This document shows, piece by piece, positions 1 through 11,179 of a stretch of 25,221 bases of DNA. The translations under genes were made by a program, and so were the position numbers. How positions within the stretch are numbered: the stretch's first letter is position 1; each line of letters opens with the position of its first letter. The notes below the pieces were generated by a model. It was not told the DNA's origin. It was given only the letters and a program-made list of their open reading frames with translations, and did not search any database. The stretch spans positions 62,001 to 87,221 of the forward strand of contig MEDY01000080.1 in assembly GCA_001724265.1 (NCBI GenBank). The letters run 5' to 3'. Origin of the DNA: Rhizaria sp. SCN 62-66 (lineage: Eukaryota).

Positions 1-66
1 TTGCTGTTGCGCACAGACGTGAGGCGCTTACCGCTGCCGCTGCCGCTGCTGTTGCTGTTGTTGTTC

Positions 67-98
<32 letters not shown>

Positions 99-818
99 AG
101 CGGGGGGCGTGGAGGGCTGTGAGGTCGCGCTGCCCTTCTTGGTGTTGCTGTTGTTGCGCTTACCGGCGTTCTGCTGAGCCTGCGCCTGAGCCTGGGCCTC
201 AGCTGCAGCGGCAGCGGCGGCAGCAGCGTCGGCCGCGGCTTTAGCCTTAGCAGCAGCGGCTTCAGCAGCAGCCTCAGTCTCGGCCTCGGCAGCAGCCTTA
301 GCGGCAGCGGCCTCCGCAGCAGCAGCAGCAGCAGCAGCAGCAGCGCCGTCATCGTTGCTCTCAGACGCCGCCTCGTCAGCACCAACCGCAGTCGCATCAC
401 TGCGACCGTTCTGCTCCTGCTCCTGTTCGGCTTCACTGTCACTCACAGCGTCGTCATCGTCATCGTCATCGTCGTCATCGTCATCAACGCCGTCGTCGTC
501 GTCGTCGTCGAGGTCGTCGCTCGACTCAGAGCCCTGCCGACTGCCACCGGCTTCGGCGCCGCCGCTGCCCCTGTTGCCGTTGCCGATGTCACCGCCGTCG
601 TCGCTCTCGCTGTCGCTGGCCTGCAAGAACGTGTGGGTCATGCGGCCCCCCGCCCCGCCCATAGTAGCGCCCGCGCTCGCGCCACCGCGCCGATTGCGCA
701 GCCCGCCGCCAGCCAGCACAGCCACCGGCGGCGCGCGCCGGCCGGGGGGCCCGCGGACCTCCTGCCAGGGCGCCTCGGCCGGCGGTGGCGTCGGCGTCGG
801 CGACAGCACCGCCCCTCT

Positions 819-875
<57 letters not shown>

Positions 876-3800
876 TGCAGCCAGCGCGGGGGCCGGGGTG
901 CCCGAGGCCGAGAGGGGCGGCAGCGGCGACGGCAGCCGCGTCGGGGCTGGGATCGTCGTCCCCGCCGTCGCCGTCGCGCCGCCCGCCGCTCTCGCGCTGT
1001 TCCCGGCCGCAGCGTTGGCGCCGGCGTTGGTCGAGTTGGTGCCCGCTCTGGCAGGGGCCTTGTTGGGGGACGTGGCCGACACCGTCGTGACCGTGTGCGC
1101 GCGCGCCAACTGCGCCGCAGCGGCACCGCTGTTCGCCTGCTGAGAGTGTGGTGACAGCTGAGACTGAGACTGAGACTGCGAGGGGCCGGCGTTCGCAGCG
1201 GCGGGGGCGCGGGCGCCGGCGACGGCAGAGACCGAGGCGGCCACGGTGGCGGCGGCAGTCAGCGCGGGCGTGTGGCTGCGGGAGGACGCGACGTCGCGCC
1301 GGTCCTTGCCGCTCACGTTGCTGTTGGCGATGTTGCCGTCTTTGCGCTCGCCCCCGCGCACTCGGTCGGCCGCAGTCGCAGCGCCAGCGCCGGGTGCGGG
1401 CGTGGTCGCGGTCGGGGGCGGGGGCCCCGCCGCCGCAGAGGAGGCGGCGGCCGCTGCGGTGGGTGCGGAGGCCTTGAGGCCGGGGTTGGTCCTGGTCCGC
1501 ACCGGCCGCCCTGCCGCGCCCGCAGCGGCCGCAGCAGAGTTCGCACCATTGCCAGCGCCGCTGTTGTTCGATGCGACCGCGGCGGCGATGACCGCGGCCG
1601 CGGTGGGCGCACCCGCCCGCACGGTCCCAGCGGCGGCGCCGGAGCCCGGGGCTGCGCCGGCGCCGGCGGCGGGCAGCGGGGGCGTGGGGGCGGCGGCGGG
1701 CGGGGGCGACAGTACGGCGCGCACGTAAGCCGGCAGCGCGCTGGGGTTAGCGTAGGCCGCCGGGGTGCCCGCAGGGCGCTTCACTGCGCCGCCACCTGCA
1801 CCGCCACCGCCACCTCCACCAGCAGCGGCGGCCGCGGCGGAGGCTACGGCGGCGGCCGCGGCGGCGGCCGCGGCAGCGGCGGTGCCGGGGCCCGGGGTGA
1901 TCGTGGTCACCGAGGCGCCCGAGGTCGTGTACACCGCCTTGGGCGGGTTCACTGGCGCAGCCGCGCCGCCCTGGCCGGAGCCGGCGGACGCACCGGGCGC
2001 CGGGGAGGCCGTATGGGTCAGCCCCCCGTGGCGGCCGCCGCGCTGGCCGATCTGCGACTGCGCATGCGCCTGCTGGCCCTGCTGCTGTTGCTGCCCTTGC
2101 ATGAGCAGACCGGACGACGAGGGCACCACGACGACGCCGCGCCGGCCCTGCAGCGAGCCGGCGGTCACCGCGCCGCTGCCCAAGTGTGCGTGGCCGGCGC
2201 CGATGCCGTCGCCGGTGTGCTGCGCGGTCTGAGTGGTCATCGAGCGGCGGGGCGCGCCGGCTACCGCGCCGCCGCTGCCGCCGCTATGGGCGTGGTGGCC
2301 GAGGGTCGAGTAGCTGCCGCCGCCGCCCACGACGACGCTGCTACTGCTGCTGCTGCTGTTGTTGTTGAGACTGCTCTCAGCCGATGCGGAACCCGTTGCG
2401 GAGCCGGCGGCCGAGCTGGCGCTGGAGACCGAGCCTCCGCCGGTACCGGCGTTGCCGCCCGCCCCAGCAGCCGCCGCCGTGGCCGTGTTGTTGGCGGCGG
2501 GCGTGGGGCTGGGCGCGGGGCCCGGGGCCGGCGAGGCGGCGCCCGCGAAAGGCAGGAACACGCGGGCCGTGGGGTTGAGCGCGCGCACCGCATTGCTGCT
2601 GCTGCTGCTGCTGTTGCTGTTGCTGTTGTTGCTGCTGGTGCTGTGGGTGCCGTTGTAGAGGGCGGCGGCGGCGGCGGCGGCAGCCTCGGGGTCGTAGGTC
2701 CCCGGCTCGAACACGCCGGGCGCGTCCATCAACGCAGCAGCAGCGGCGGCGGCGGCAGCGGCGGCGGCAGCGGCGGAGGCGTTGGGGTTGGGCTCGAAGG
2801 CGGCGGCGTCGATGACCGAGGAGACGGCGGCCGTGGGGGCCACGGGCGCGAACAGCGCGGCGTCGGGCGCGGTGCCCGCGGCAGAGGCAAAGGAAAAGGC
2901 CTGCAGAGACACCATGTGGGGGGGCACGGAGCCCATCGGCAGCGCCGAAGACAGACCGACACCGGTCAGGCCGGTGCCAGTCAAGCCAGTGCCAGTCAGG
3001 CCGGTGCCGGAGAGCGGCGCGGCGAGCGCGGGGGAAGCCGAGGTGGAGCGGATGTGATCAAACGCCGCCGCGCTGGCCTCGTAGCCACCAACGCCGACAC
3101 CGACATGACTGTGGCCATGAGTGTGGTGCATGCTGTGATGGCCGTGCACAGCGTGGTGGTGGTGGCTATGCATCACGCCGACGCCGACGCCGTAGCCGCC
3201 CGCGGCGTCAAACGCGGCCGCGTCGAAGGCGGCCGCAGAATCAAACGCCGAGGAGCCGGCGGCGGCGTCAAACGGGGAGCCCAGTCTGGAGACGCCGCCG
3301 CCGCCGCCAGGCGCGGGCGCGGGGCCGGCCGGGCCTGAGTGCGGCCCAGTGCCAGCGCCAGCGCCAGTGCCCGCGCCTGCGGTGTCTGTCAGGGCGCCGC
3401 TGGGGACGGCGTGGTCGCGGGGGGTGGCGGCGCCGGAGGGAATGCCGCCGTCGCCGCCGCCGTTGCCGCCGTTGATGCAGTTGTTGTTGTTGTTGTTGTT
3501 TTGCATGGAGAGCGCGAGCGCTGCCACTGAGGACGCGTCCGCCGCCGCAGAGGACGCCGGGGAAGGCGCTGGCACTGGCACCACGGGCACCGGCCCCCAC
3601 GAGTCAGCGCCAGCGCCGGGCATGCCGCCGCTCATGGAGGACAGGGAGTCGAAGCTGAGGCCGCCGACGCCGACGCCGACGCCCATGTGGTGGCCGTGGC
3701 CGTGTCTGTGCGCGTGATTGTGGGCAGCGGAGAGACCAAGGGCGCCGGGGCCCATCATGTGGTGGTGGCCGAGGCCCCCAGTCATGCCTCCAGTCATTCC

Positions 3801-4628
3801 ACTGGACATACCGCTCGACATCGTGCTGGACATGCCGGTGTAGTTGCCGACGCCGACGCCGACGCCGAGGCCAGAGCCGAAGCCGGAGCCTCCCAAGCCG
3901 TTGGGGCCGCCGAGGCCATTCGGGCCGACGCCGAGGTTGAAGCTGCCAGCAGTGAGACCGCCCAGCGCAGAGCCGCCCAGTCCTGAGCCAAGGCCGGCGC
4001 CAGCGAGTCCAGAGCCGCCGACTCCGAGCGCGGAGCTGCCCAGCGCAGAACCGCCCAGCGCGGTGTTGCTGAGTGCTGCTAACCCGCCGTGGCCGTGGTC
4101 GGTGGGGCGCGCGGGCCGGAGCGCGGCGGGGGAAGACAGATGGCCCGACGACTCGTCAAAGCCGTACGGGAGGAAGTAGCCCTGGCCGTGGCCGTGGCCG
4201 TGCCCGCCGTGGGTCGGCGACTGCGCCTGGGAGTGGGCTTGCGAGTGCGTCTGCGACTGCGTCTGCGACTGGGACGCTGCGGCAGCAGCGACTGCGGCGG
4301 CGGCGGCGGCGGCGGCGGCGGCGTGTGCGTTGGCAGCCGCAGCGGCGGCGGCGCTGGTGGTGGCGTCCGCGGGCGAGTGTAGACTGAAGTACGAGACAGG
4401 GGCGACGGGGCCGAAGCCGAACGACGACGCGGTGGTGGCAGCAGGCGCGGCCTCGAGCAGGGGAGACGTGTCGCCGGGCAGGCTGCGGCGCGTGAGCGCG
4501 GGGGAGCCGGGCGCGAGCTGCGGCGTCCCGGGCGCAAGGTGCGGCGTGCCGGGGGCGCGTTGGGGCGTGCCGGGAGCGAGCTGGGGCGAGGGCTGTAGGG
4601 ACCCCACCGCGACTGGTGTGCTCGACAT
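1..4628 (-). CDS. Large low-complexity/disordered protein (>=1542 aa, 3'-partial) with PAM2-like motif
   Basis: Hand translation from ATG 4628 (MSSTPVAVGSLQPSPQLAPGTPQ...) stays open to the window edge, so the ORF track omits it. Contains ALNPTARVFLP (2550-2582), His/Gly-rich tracts, poly-Ala and an acidic DDDD tract. The many + strand ORFs here are antisense shadows. No folded domain recognised. Confidence 0.85.
4497..4580 (-). repeat. Four 21-bp coding repeats encoding (L/R)APG(T/S)P(Q/H/A)
   Basis: Translation LAPGTPQ RAPGTPH LAPGTPQ LAPGSPA at residues 17-44 of the left-edge gene. Confidence 0.85.
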
Positions 4629-5500
4629 GGCCCTGAGAAGCGCCGGACCAGGGGGCAAGAAAAAGACGGAAAGGGGGCTGTGCGCAGAAAACGGGTGGTA
4701 AATAAGCAGTGGGCCAGAAGTGAGTGGTCGGATTCCTATTATGAGGATTCGTTGACACGCGGGAGTGGAATTGAAAAGATCGGACAAGGCTTAGTTTGCG
4801 ATTCGTGGTTGGGGAATAAGAATTGAATTGCCACGGGCTCACTTCGAGACAGAGAGACAAAAATAGTTCGGAGAGCTTTAGACCACAAATAATGACATGG
4901 AATTGTGCGAAAAGCATGCAAAGTGAGATCTCTGGGTGCCCGTGAACAAAGCCTAATAAGCCCAGCCGCCAACGGCGTGTGGTACATTACGGGACCTCAC
5001 AGAATGCGCCGCCCGACTCGTGGCGCAACAAAATTTAACAACAGTGGCCAACAGAGTCGCAAATGCCCAGCTCTATGTTGTTAGAAGCACGCGTTGCGAT
5101 TCTGGCGCGCATTGCTTACAATTGCGTGGTCATGCCCGACCGACAGCATCTCTGTCAGCGCGGACCGTGGGCGCCAGTTCGTAGGTTTGCTTGCTCTATG
5201 AAACTGACCAAAAGACCATAATTTCGGAACAAACGAGTCTCTATCGCTTTGTAATTTTGCTATATTATGAATCGTGTTTGGGTGTGTATTATTATTTATG
5301 ATTATTGCGATATGACGATCAGGGGCCGTGCATTCCTTGGTTTTCTTCATTGCAACAAGACCGTTTCTCACACATGGTTCTCGTAGTTTCGGTGCAGTGT
5401 CGGCTTGCCCGTATGATCTAAGTTCACCAAATAGTCCCGAAATCTCACCAGTCTTCCTTTCTGTCCACTTTCTCGTCCTCACTTAACTCGTGCTAAGTCT

Positions 5501-6283
5501 ATGTCAACGCAAGACTACAACAAGACAGGCCCTCCCAGGGTTAAGATTGGCAACTGGGTATGTAAATCTCGAGTGTACTAAACCAACTCCAAATTTCGAT
5601 GTGATCTGTATCTTCCATCGTGAATATCGCTTATCTTCCTGATTGAATCACGTCTTTTATCCCCCACCTCGCAGGATGAGGAGCGCGCCATGTTCGACGC
5701 CACGGGCGGGCTCACGCAGCCGCGCGCCGTCGGCCGCGAGTCCAGCTTCGCCGCCACGGGCACGCGCGTCTTTCCCAGCATCTCGGAGCCTCTTCCGGCG
5801 TCTGAGCAGTACCAAACGACGCACAAGGCGGCTTTCCGTCGCGAGCTGCACGCGCCGAACCCCATCATCGACGCCTCCGGCCGCGTCGCCACGCTAAACC
5901 CGCACCTGCCGCGCCGCGCTGAGCGCCAGCAGGCCGCCTTCTTGGCGCAGGCGCGCGAGGTGCACGCGGCGCAGCAGGCTGCGGCCGCCGCCGCTGCCGC
6001 CGCCGCGTCTGCCGAAGAGCAGGCCGAGCTTGACAACCCCTTCTACGGGCGTGCACCGATGAACCGGCAGCGCGCGCTTAAGGCGCCGGGCGCCGAGTTC
6101 GCAAGCGAGGAGGAGGCCATGCGCGCGCTGTCGCAGCCCGGCAAGACGGTGTGGAACGATCGGTCGGAGCGCCAGGGCAAGCCCGCCGGCAGCGAGTTCC
6201 ACCGCAATGTGGACTTCTCGCGGCCGATCGAGGACTACAAGGGCGCCTCTGTCTGGCGCTACGACACGCACGCGGCCCAGTAA
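5501..6283 (+). CDS. SPAG8/FAP143-like ciliary microtubule inner protein (NWE motif), ~221 aa
   Basis: Exons 5501-5557 and 5675-6283; intron GTATGT...CGCAG. Splicing creates RVKIGNW|DEER (GNWxEE, the NWE motif of axonemal MIPs). C-terminal FHRNVDFSRPIEDY resembles SPAG8/FAP143 ends. Stop TAA. Confidence 0.65.
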
Positions 6284-6719
6284 GCGCGGGGCGACGCAGC
6301 GCTGCGCTTGTACGCTACTGTCTGTGGATCGACGGTTGTGAGCTGCGAGCGCTGGGTTGAAGGTTAGTCACGGAATGGAAAGGAAAGGAAGGGAGGATGG
6401 GGCCGAGGGCTGCTTCAGCGTGCGCGAGTGTGCGCGCGGAGACGGCGGTGATGGCCTGAACAATAATACCTAGTACTGAACTCTAATCTGGAGTATCATC
6501 TTATAATACAAACCTCTTATGATTGTTATCTGCTCGCAGACTCCAGAGCTCGGCTTAGACCCACAACGGATACTTTGCCGCAGGAGACCATACAGAAAAT
6601 GACTGGATATCGACACAACTTCCGTTAACAGAAATGCAGCTCTGGTATGTATATTGCATGCTTATTTTCTCTTTAAATATTTTATAATATTTTTTGAACT
6701 CTTGATCTCGCTGCGCAGA

Positions 6720-7287
6720 ATGGGGAACAGCTCGAGCACTTCGCGTCCAGCTCCCAAGGGCAAGTCAGCTGATTGGGAAGAGGCCTACGACCCCTGCAAA
6801 TCATACGTACGTCAAAACCACCTTATTTAGGTCCATGGTGCTATTATATTTATGTTTTTGCTCACCATGCCTGCTTTTTCCTGCTTTTCCCCCTACAGGG
6901 CTGCCGTCTGCAGCAATGCTACGTGGTGCGTCAAGTCACTTCACTTTCTCAGTCAAACGCCTTTGAATCGCACCACAGTCTCGACTTCGTCATCTCATAC
7001 TTCATACTCGTGTGCCTGCTTATGTTACCATCCCGGAATAGGACTTGCTTGAGCAGTCGCGACGGTCCTCGCGCCCCGTAGACGACAGCGTGTGCAACCC
7101 CCTGCGTCTGGCCCTGGAGCAGTGCCGCACCGAGAAGGGGCTCGCCACACAGCCCGCCGCTGCCACCCAGCCTGCCGCCGCTGTGCAGCCTAATGCAGCG
7201 GGGCAGACGGCAACGTCGACGAATGACAGCGCTGCGCAGGCCTGCTCAGCGACTACAGCGGCGTCTAGCAGTGGCGAGAAGCAGTGA
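6720..7287 (+). CDS. Twin CX9C (CHCH) mitochondrial intermembrane-space protein, CMC4-like, ~119 aa
   Basis: Exons 6720-6806, 6899-6925 and 7042-7287; introns GTACGT..ACAG and GTGCGT..ATAG, both phase 0. Spliced protein has DPCKSY|GCRLQQCYV|DLL...VCNPLRLALEQC, i.e. two CX9C motifs; the first resembles CMC4 DPCQKQACEIQKC. Stop TGA. Confidence 0.7.
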
Positions 7288-7564
7288 TCGATGACACAAT
7301 AGCACTCGCGACACACTGCAAGTTGTTTCCGCGAAGCATGCATCAGACAGATGTCAACAAAGATCTTGTGTATTCGTGTGGTACTTGGCACTATGCGGCA
7401 AGCAACCCTCTTAAAGCTATATAACTGTTCCAATAACGAACAACAAACACTATTTATCAGTCCACTCGCATCATAGCAAGTTCACCACAGCGACGATGGA
7501 AGCACTTTGGCCCCGTCCTATCCAGACAACACGTCGTAGAGTCCTCTTGTCACCCTCGTCGCTA

Positions 7565-8641
7565 TCACGATGAGAAGTCGAACGGTGCATTCAGCGCGTC
7601 CCAGAGCTCGGCGGCCTTGACGGGCCCGACCCCCTGCGTGGCCTCCAGCTCGGCCCTGCTCGCGCGCGCCAGCCGATTCAGCGCGCCCCCGTGCGCGCGC
7701 GCCAGCTCCGCCGCGTCCCCCGCCGTCAGCGCACGCAGCGAGCCCGCCAGCAGCGTCGCCAGGGTTCGCGCGGCGGGCGCGTTCGCGGCGGCGGCCTCTA
7801 CAGCGGCCTCGCCGAGGAATGTGCGGCGCGATACGGGGTCCTGGAGCACGTGCAGCAGCTCCAGGAAGCGCGCCGCCTCGCGCTGCGTCGCCGCGCACAG
7901 CAGCGTGAAGCCGGCGCCGAGCGCCAGCGTAGTAATGAGCGTGACGGTGTCGGCCGCGGCGGCCGCGCCCTCGGGCAGGTCGACGACGAGGACGAGCGCG
8001 CGGACGCGGAAGCCGCCCGCGCGCGCCGTCGCGAGGCGCCGCGGCACGTACTGCGGGTTGCGCAGGTGGAAGCGCAGCGAGAGCACGAGCGCGCACGCCG
8101 ATCCCATTACGAAGTCCGGCCCCAGTCCGTCGGCCAGCTGCCAGGGAACCGCCTGCAGCAGCTCCAGGAAGCGGTTACCCGCCTGGCGCTGCCGGTTCAC
8201 CAGCACGGGCACCCGCGCCAGCCCGGGCGTCTGCAGCCCGCCGCACGTGGGGTGCACCGTGATGGCGGCCGCGGCCGACGGCGGCAGCGCTGCCAGGGCC
8301 TACTGCGCCAGCGTCAGCGACCCCACGGCCACGGATCCAGCGAAGCGGGGGCCCGCGCCGCTCGCGCCGTCGGGGAGGCCCGTGTCGTCGCGGGTGCGCG
8401 CCAGGTGGTCCGCGTAGTCGTCCCAGAAGGCGTCGTTCGCGGCAGCCGCGGCAGCGGCCACGGAGGAGGCGCTAGATGCAGGCGGAGCCGCAGCAGTGGC
8501 GGTTGCAGGAGACTTTGAACTAGCAGCTGCGGGTGACACGATGGGGGCGATGGTCACTGCGGAGGAGCCGGGAGGGCGGCGCGCATAGAGACCGCCGCGG
8601 TTAGGCGCCGTGGAATGTGCTAGGGCCTGTGGAGCGTCCAT
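7565..8641 (-). CDS. ERCC1: DNA excision repair protein ERCC1/Rad10 with one in-frame TAG at 8302-8300
   Basis: ORFs 8300..8641 and 7565..8257 share a frame, separated only by TAG plus 14 sense codons. Central domain VLVNRQRQAGNRFL...VPWQL...PDFVMGSACALVLSLRFHLRNPQYVPRRL matches ERCC1; C-terminal HhH ASRAELEATQGVGPVKAAELWDALNAPF. Stop TGA. Confidence 0.9.
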
Positions 8642-9477
8642 GTGCGCTGGGCAGAGCGAGTAGAGACGAAAGTCCCACTTTCTGAGTTAAGTCACGGGTC
8701 AGGCTTCAGTCCAGATGAAGGGCAATATAGACACTAAAGGAGAGACGTTTTAAAAATGAAACAGTAAGTTGTGTGCTATTTACGAAAATACAATGCATAA
8801 TTCCAACAACGGACGGTGCAGAGCGTGAGAGCTTGGTTCTTAGTTCGTCGAGTGGGCGCCATCTCGACGTTGGCTGGACCGAAAAAACGGGACACGGCAC
8901 TGGCGAAAAGATGGAATCACAAACAGGTCTTGCGGACAGCGTGTGGACATCGCCAGAGGTCATCATTCAACTATAAGACATTCGAGGTATTGTTATGGTT
9001 AAATCGTTTTTTAGCGAGGACCTGGGATCAATGGGCATGTCGCATGTGACCGTCTTCCGAGGCCTGATTGGGCTTCGAGGTAAACAGTCGACTCTCCAGA
9101 AAGCGCGTTTGTTGAGGTCTCAAGATGCCACTTTTGAAACATAACTACCGACATCCACGTAGATCTTGTTTGATTCTTACCGAAAACTCGCGTTTTATCT
9201 TCCCTTGCTTCTATTCCCGCCTCCTGCATAGCCTTCCCGCTCTTCGCTCCCCACCTCGTCACTCGTCGTCGCCTGGCTTTCCCCCCACGGCGCAGCAGTG
9301 ACAGACAGCGAACCAGAACCGTTCCCGGTCCCCGACACTCCTTGCTCTCGTCGCTCAGACGCTGAGGCCCGCTTCACAGAAACAGCAACAGCAGCAGCAG
9401 CATCGCTCTGTTCCCTCGCTCCCACCACACACACACTCCACACCCGTTAACGCTCATTTGAGACTAACCCCACCGCC

Positions 9478-10517
9478 ATGTCTGTCAACCGCTGGAAGGA
9501 CTTGGGCAACCAGCGCGGCAAGGTCGCTGAGGTACGTGTGCTTTGCTATACGTGTCTCTTGTTTCTCTTATTCTTTAACCACAATATCCCTGCACACTTC
9601 CGCCGACGACTAACTCAATGCCCTTGCTTTTTCTTACAACTCCATTGCTCTCTCATCACCGCTCTTCACAGGAGGATGACGTCGAGGCCGGCCCGGCCGA
9701 CACGGCCGCGAAGGAGGACATCTCCTCGCAGATGAAGCAGTACGACGAGGTCTCAGAGCAGATCGACGCGATCAAGAAGAACGTCGACAAGATCAACGCG
9801 CTCAAGTCCCGCGACAACAAGGAGGCCTCGGACGAGGTCCGCAAGAAGATTATGAACGACCTGGACAAGGTACTCAACGACTCGACGGCGCGCGCCCGCC
9901 GCGTCAAGGAGTCCTTCGACGGAATCAAGCAGGACAACGAGAAGTTCAACGCCAAGCCCGAGAACGCCAATTCGGCCCGCGCACAGGTCCGCACGAACCT
10001 CTACCAGGCCCACGTGCGGCGCTTCCAGGCGGTGATGATGGCCTTCAACACGGCGCGCGAGGACTTCCGCGCGAACCTGCAAGACCGCATGGTGCGGCAA
10101 CTTAAGATGGTGGACAACACCAAGACGGAGGAGGAGCTGGTGCAGATCGTCGAGTCGGGCAAGTCGCAGGACATTATCCGCAAGGCGCTCGTGTCGGAGA
10201 ACCTGCGCGGTACCATCGAGGACCTGGAGGACCGCAACGCCGAGATCCTGAAGCTGCAGAAGAGCGTGCAGGAGCTGTTCGAGCTGTTCAAAGACCTGCA
10301 CGCGCTCGTTGAGATGCAGGGAGAGACGCTCAACGTGATCGAAACGCGCATCTCCAACGCGAAGGACTACACGATCAAGGGCACGCAGGCGCTCAAGGAG
10401 GCCCAGGAGCACCAGATCAAGGCCCGCAAGCGCAAGTGCTGTCTGTTCATGATTGTGCTCATTGTGCTCGTGGTCATCCTCGTGCCTGTGCTCGCCACCC
10501 AGCTTAAGAACTCATAA
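9478..10517 (+). CDS. Plasma-membrane-type syntaxin (Qa-SNARE, STX1/SSO/SYP1 group), ~299 aa
   Basis: Exons 9478-9531 and 9672-10517; intron GTACGT..CACAG. N-peptide MSVNRWKDL, Habc helices, SNARE motif RNAEILKLQKSVQELFELFKDLHALVEMQGETLNVIE (Q zero layer), basic KARKRK and C-terminal TM helix. Stop TAA. Confidence 0.93.
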
Positions 10518-11179
10518 GCGAACCGCCGTGGCCAACGCCAACGTTATCAAACATGTCAGCAAGCAATGTCGGAGAACAAGGACTGTGCGGTGTTAACCTA
10601 TTATTTGGTTGAAATAAGACGCAATTATCTTGTTCAATCTTATGTTCCTACTCTTGATTGCTGCTTTTTGTTCTTCGTATTCGCTGTGCATATAGTAAGA
10701 GCCCACTTGCAATAGCTGTTCGGCTTATTCTATCTGTCTTGTGTCGTGTTTGTTCTTGTTGTAAGCCTTAGTTTTTGTTTTTCGTAATAGTCGTAGTAAA
10801 CAGTTTGTATACCTTTTGTATGTGCTGCCTTTTTTGTGAGACAGCTCTCTTTTTGTGTTTATATATCACGTATTTTTCACGTTCGCACTTGCTATATGGT
10901 GTGGTCGACAAGCAATTGCGCGTCACCAATCAAGCCGATATTCCATCATTTGATGACCGATTTGCGGCATAGTTGACTGCCGTGCGTGAGCCCAATATAA
11001 AATACCATAATTTTATCCCTATATCCAGCTAGATCTCAACTTGAAATCGCGCTTTATTCGTTGCCACCACAATTGATGTCGAACCAACGGCTCTGAGGCT
11101 CTGGGAGGGCGGACTCAGCAAGAAATTTGAAAGAGTCGATGAGACTGAAGCAATCGTCATTTAGGTTTTGAGCTTCACT

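Noticed and set aside
355-4701. Many long + strand ORFs (e.g. 1272..3338, 688 aa)
   Set aside because: Antisense or off-frame shadows of the GC-rich minus-strand gene; translations are Arg/Gly/Ala junk with no motifs.
4739-5482. ORFs 4739..4987 and 5081..5482 in the first divergent intergenic region
   Set aside because: AT-rich, unlike the coding composition, with no recognisable motif.
8300-8320. TAG in ERCC1 as a 3' splice site (a CTGAC lies just upstream)
   Set aside because: No polypyrimidine tract, no canonical donor upstream within the gene, and the region is GC-rich unlike every other intron; not fully excluded without RNA data.
9232-9450. GC-rich stretch upstream of syntaxin as a coding exon
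   Set aside because: No ATG or donor links it in frame, and the syntaxin N-peptide is complete from 9478; probably 5'UTR.
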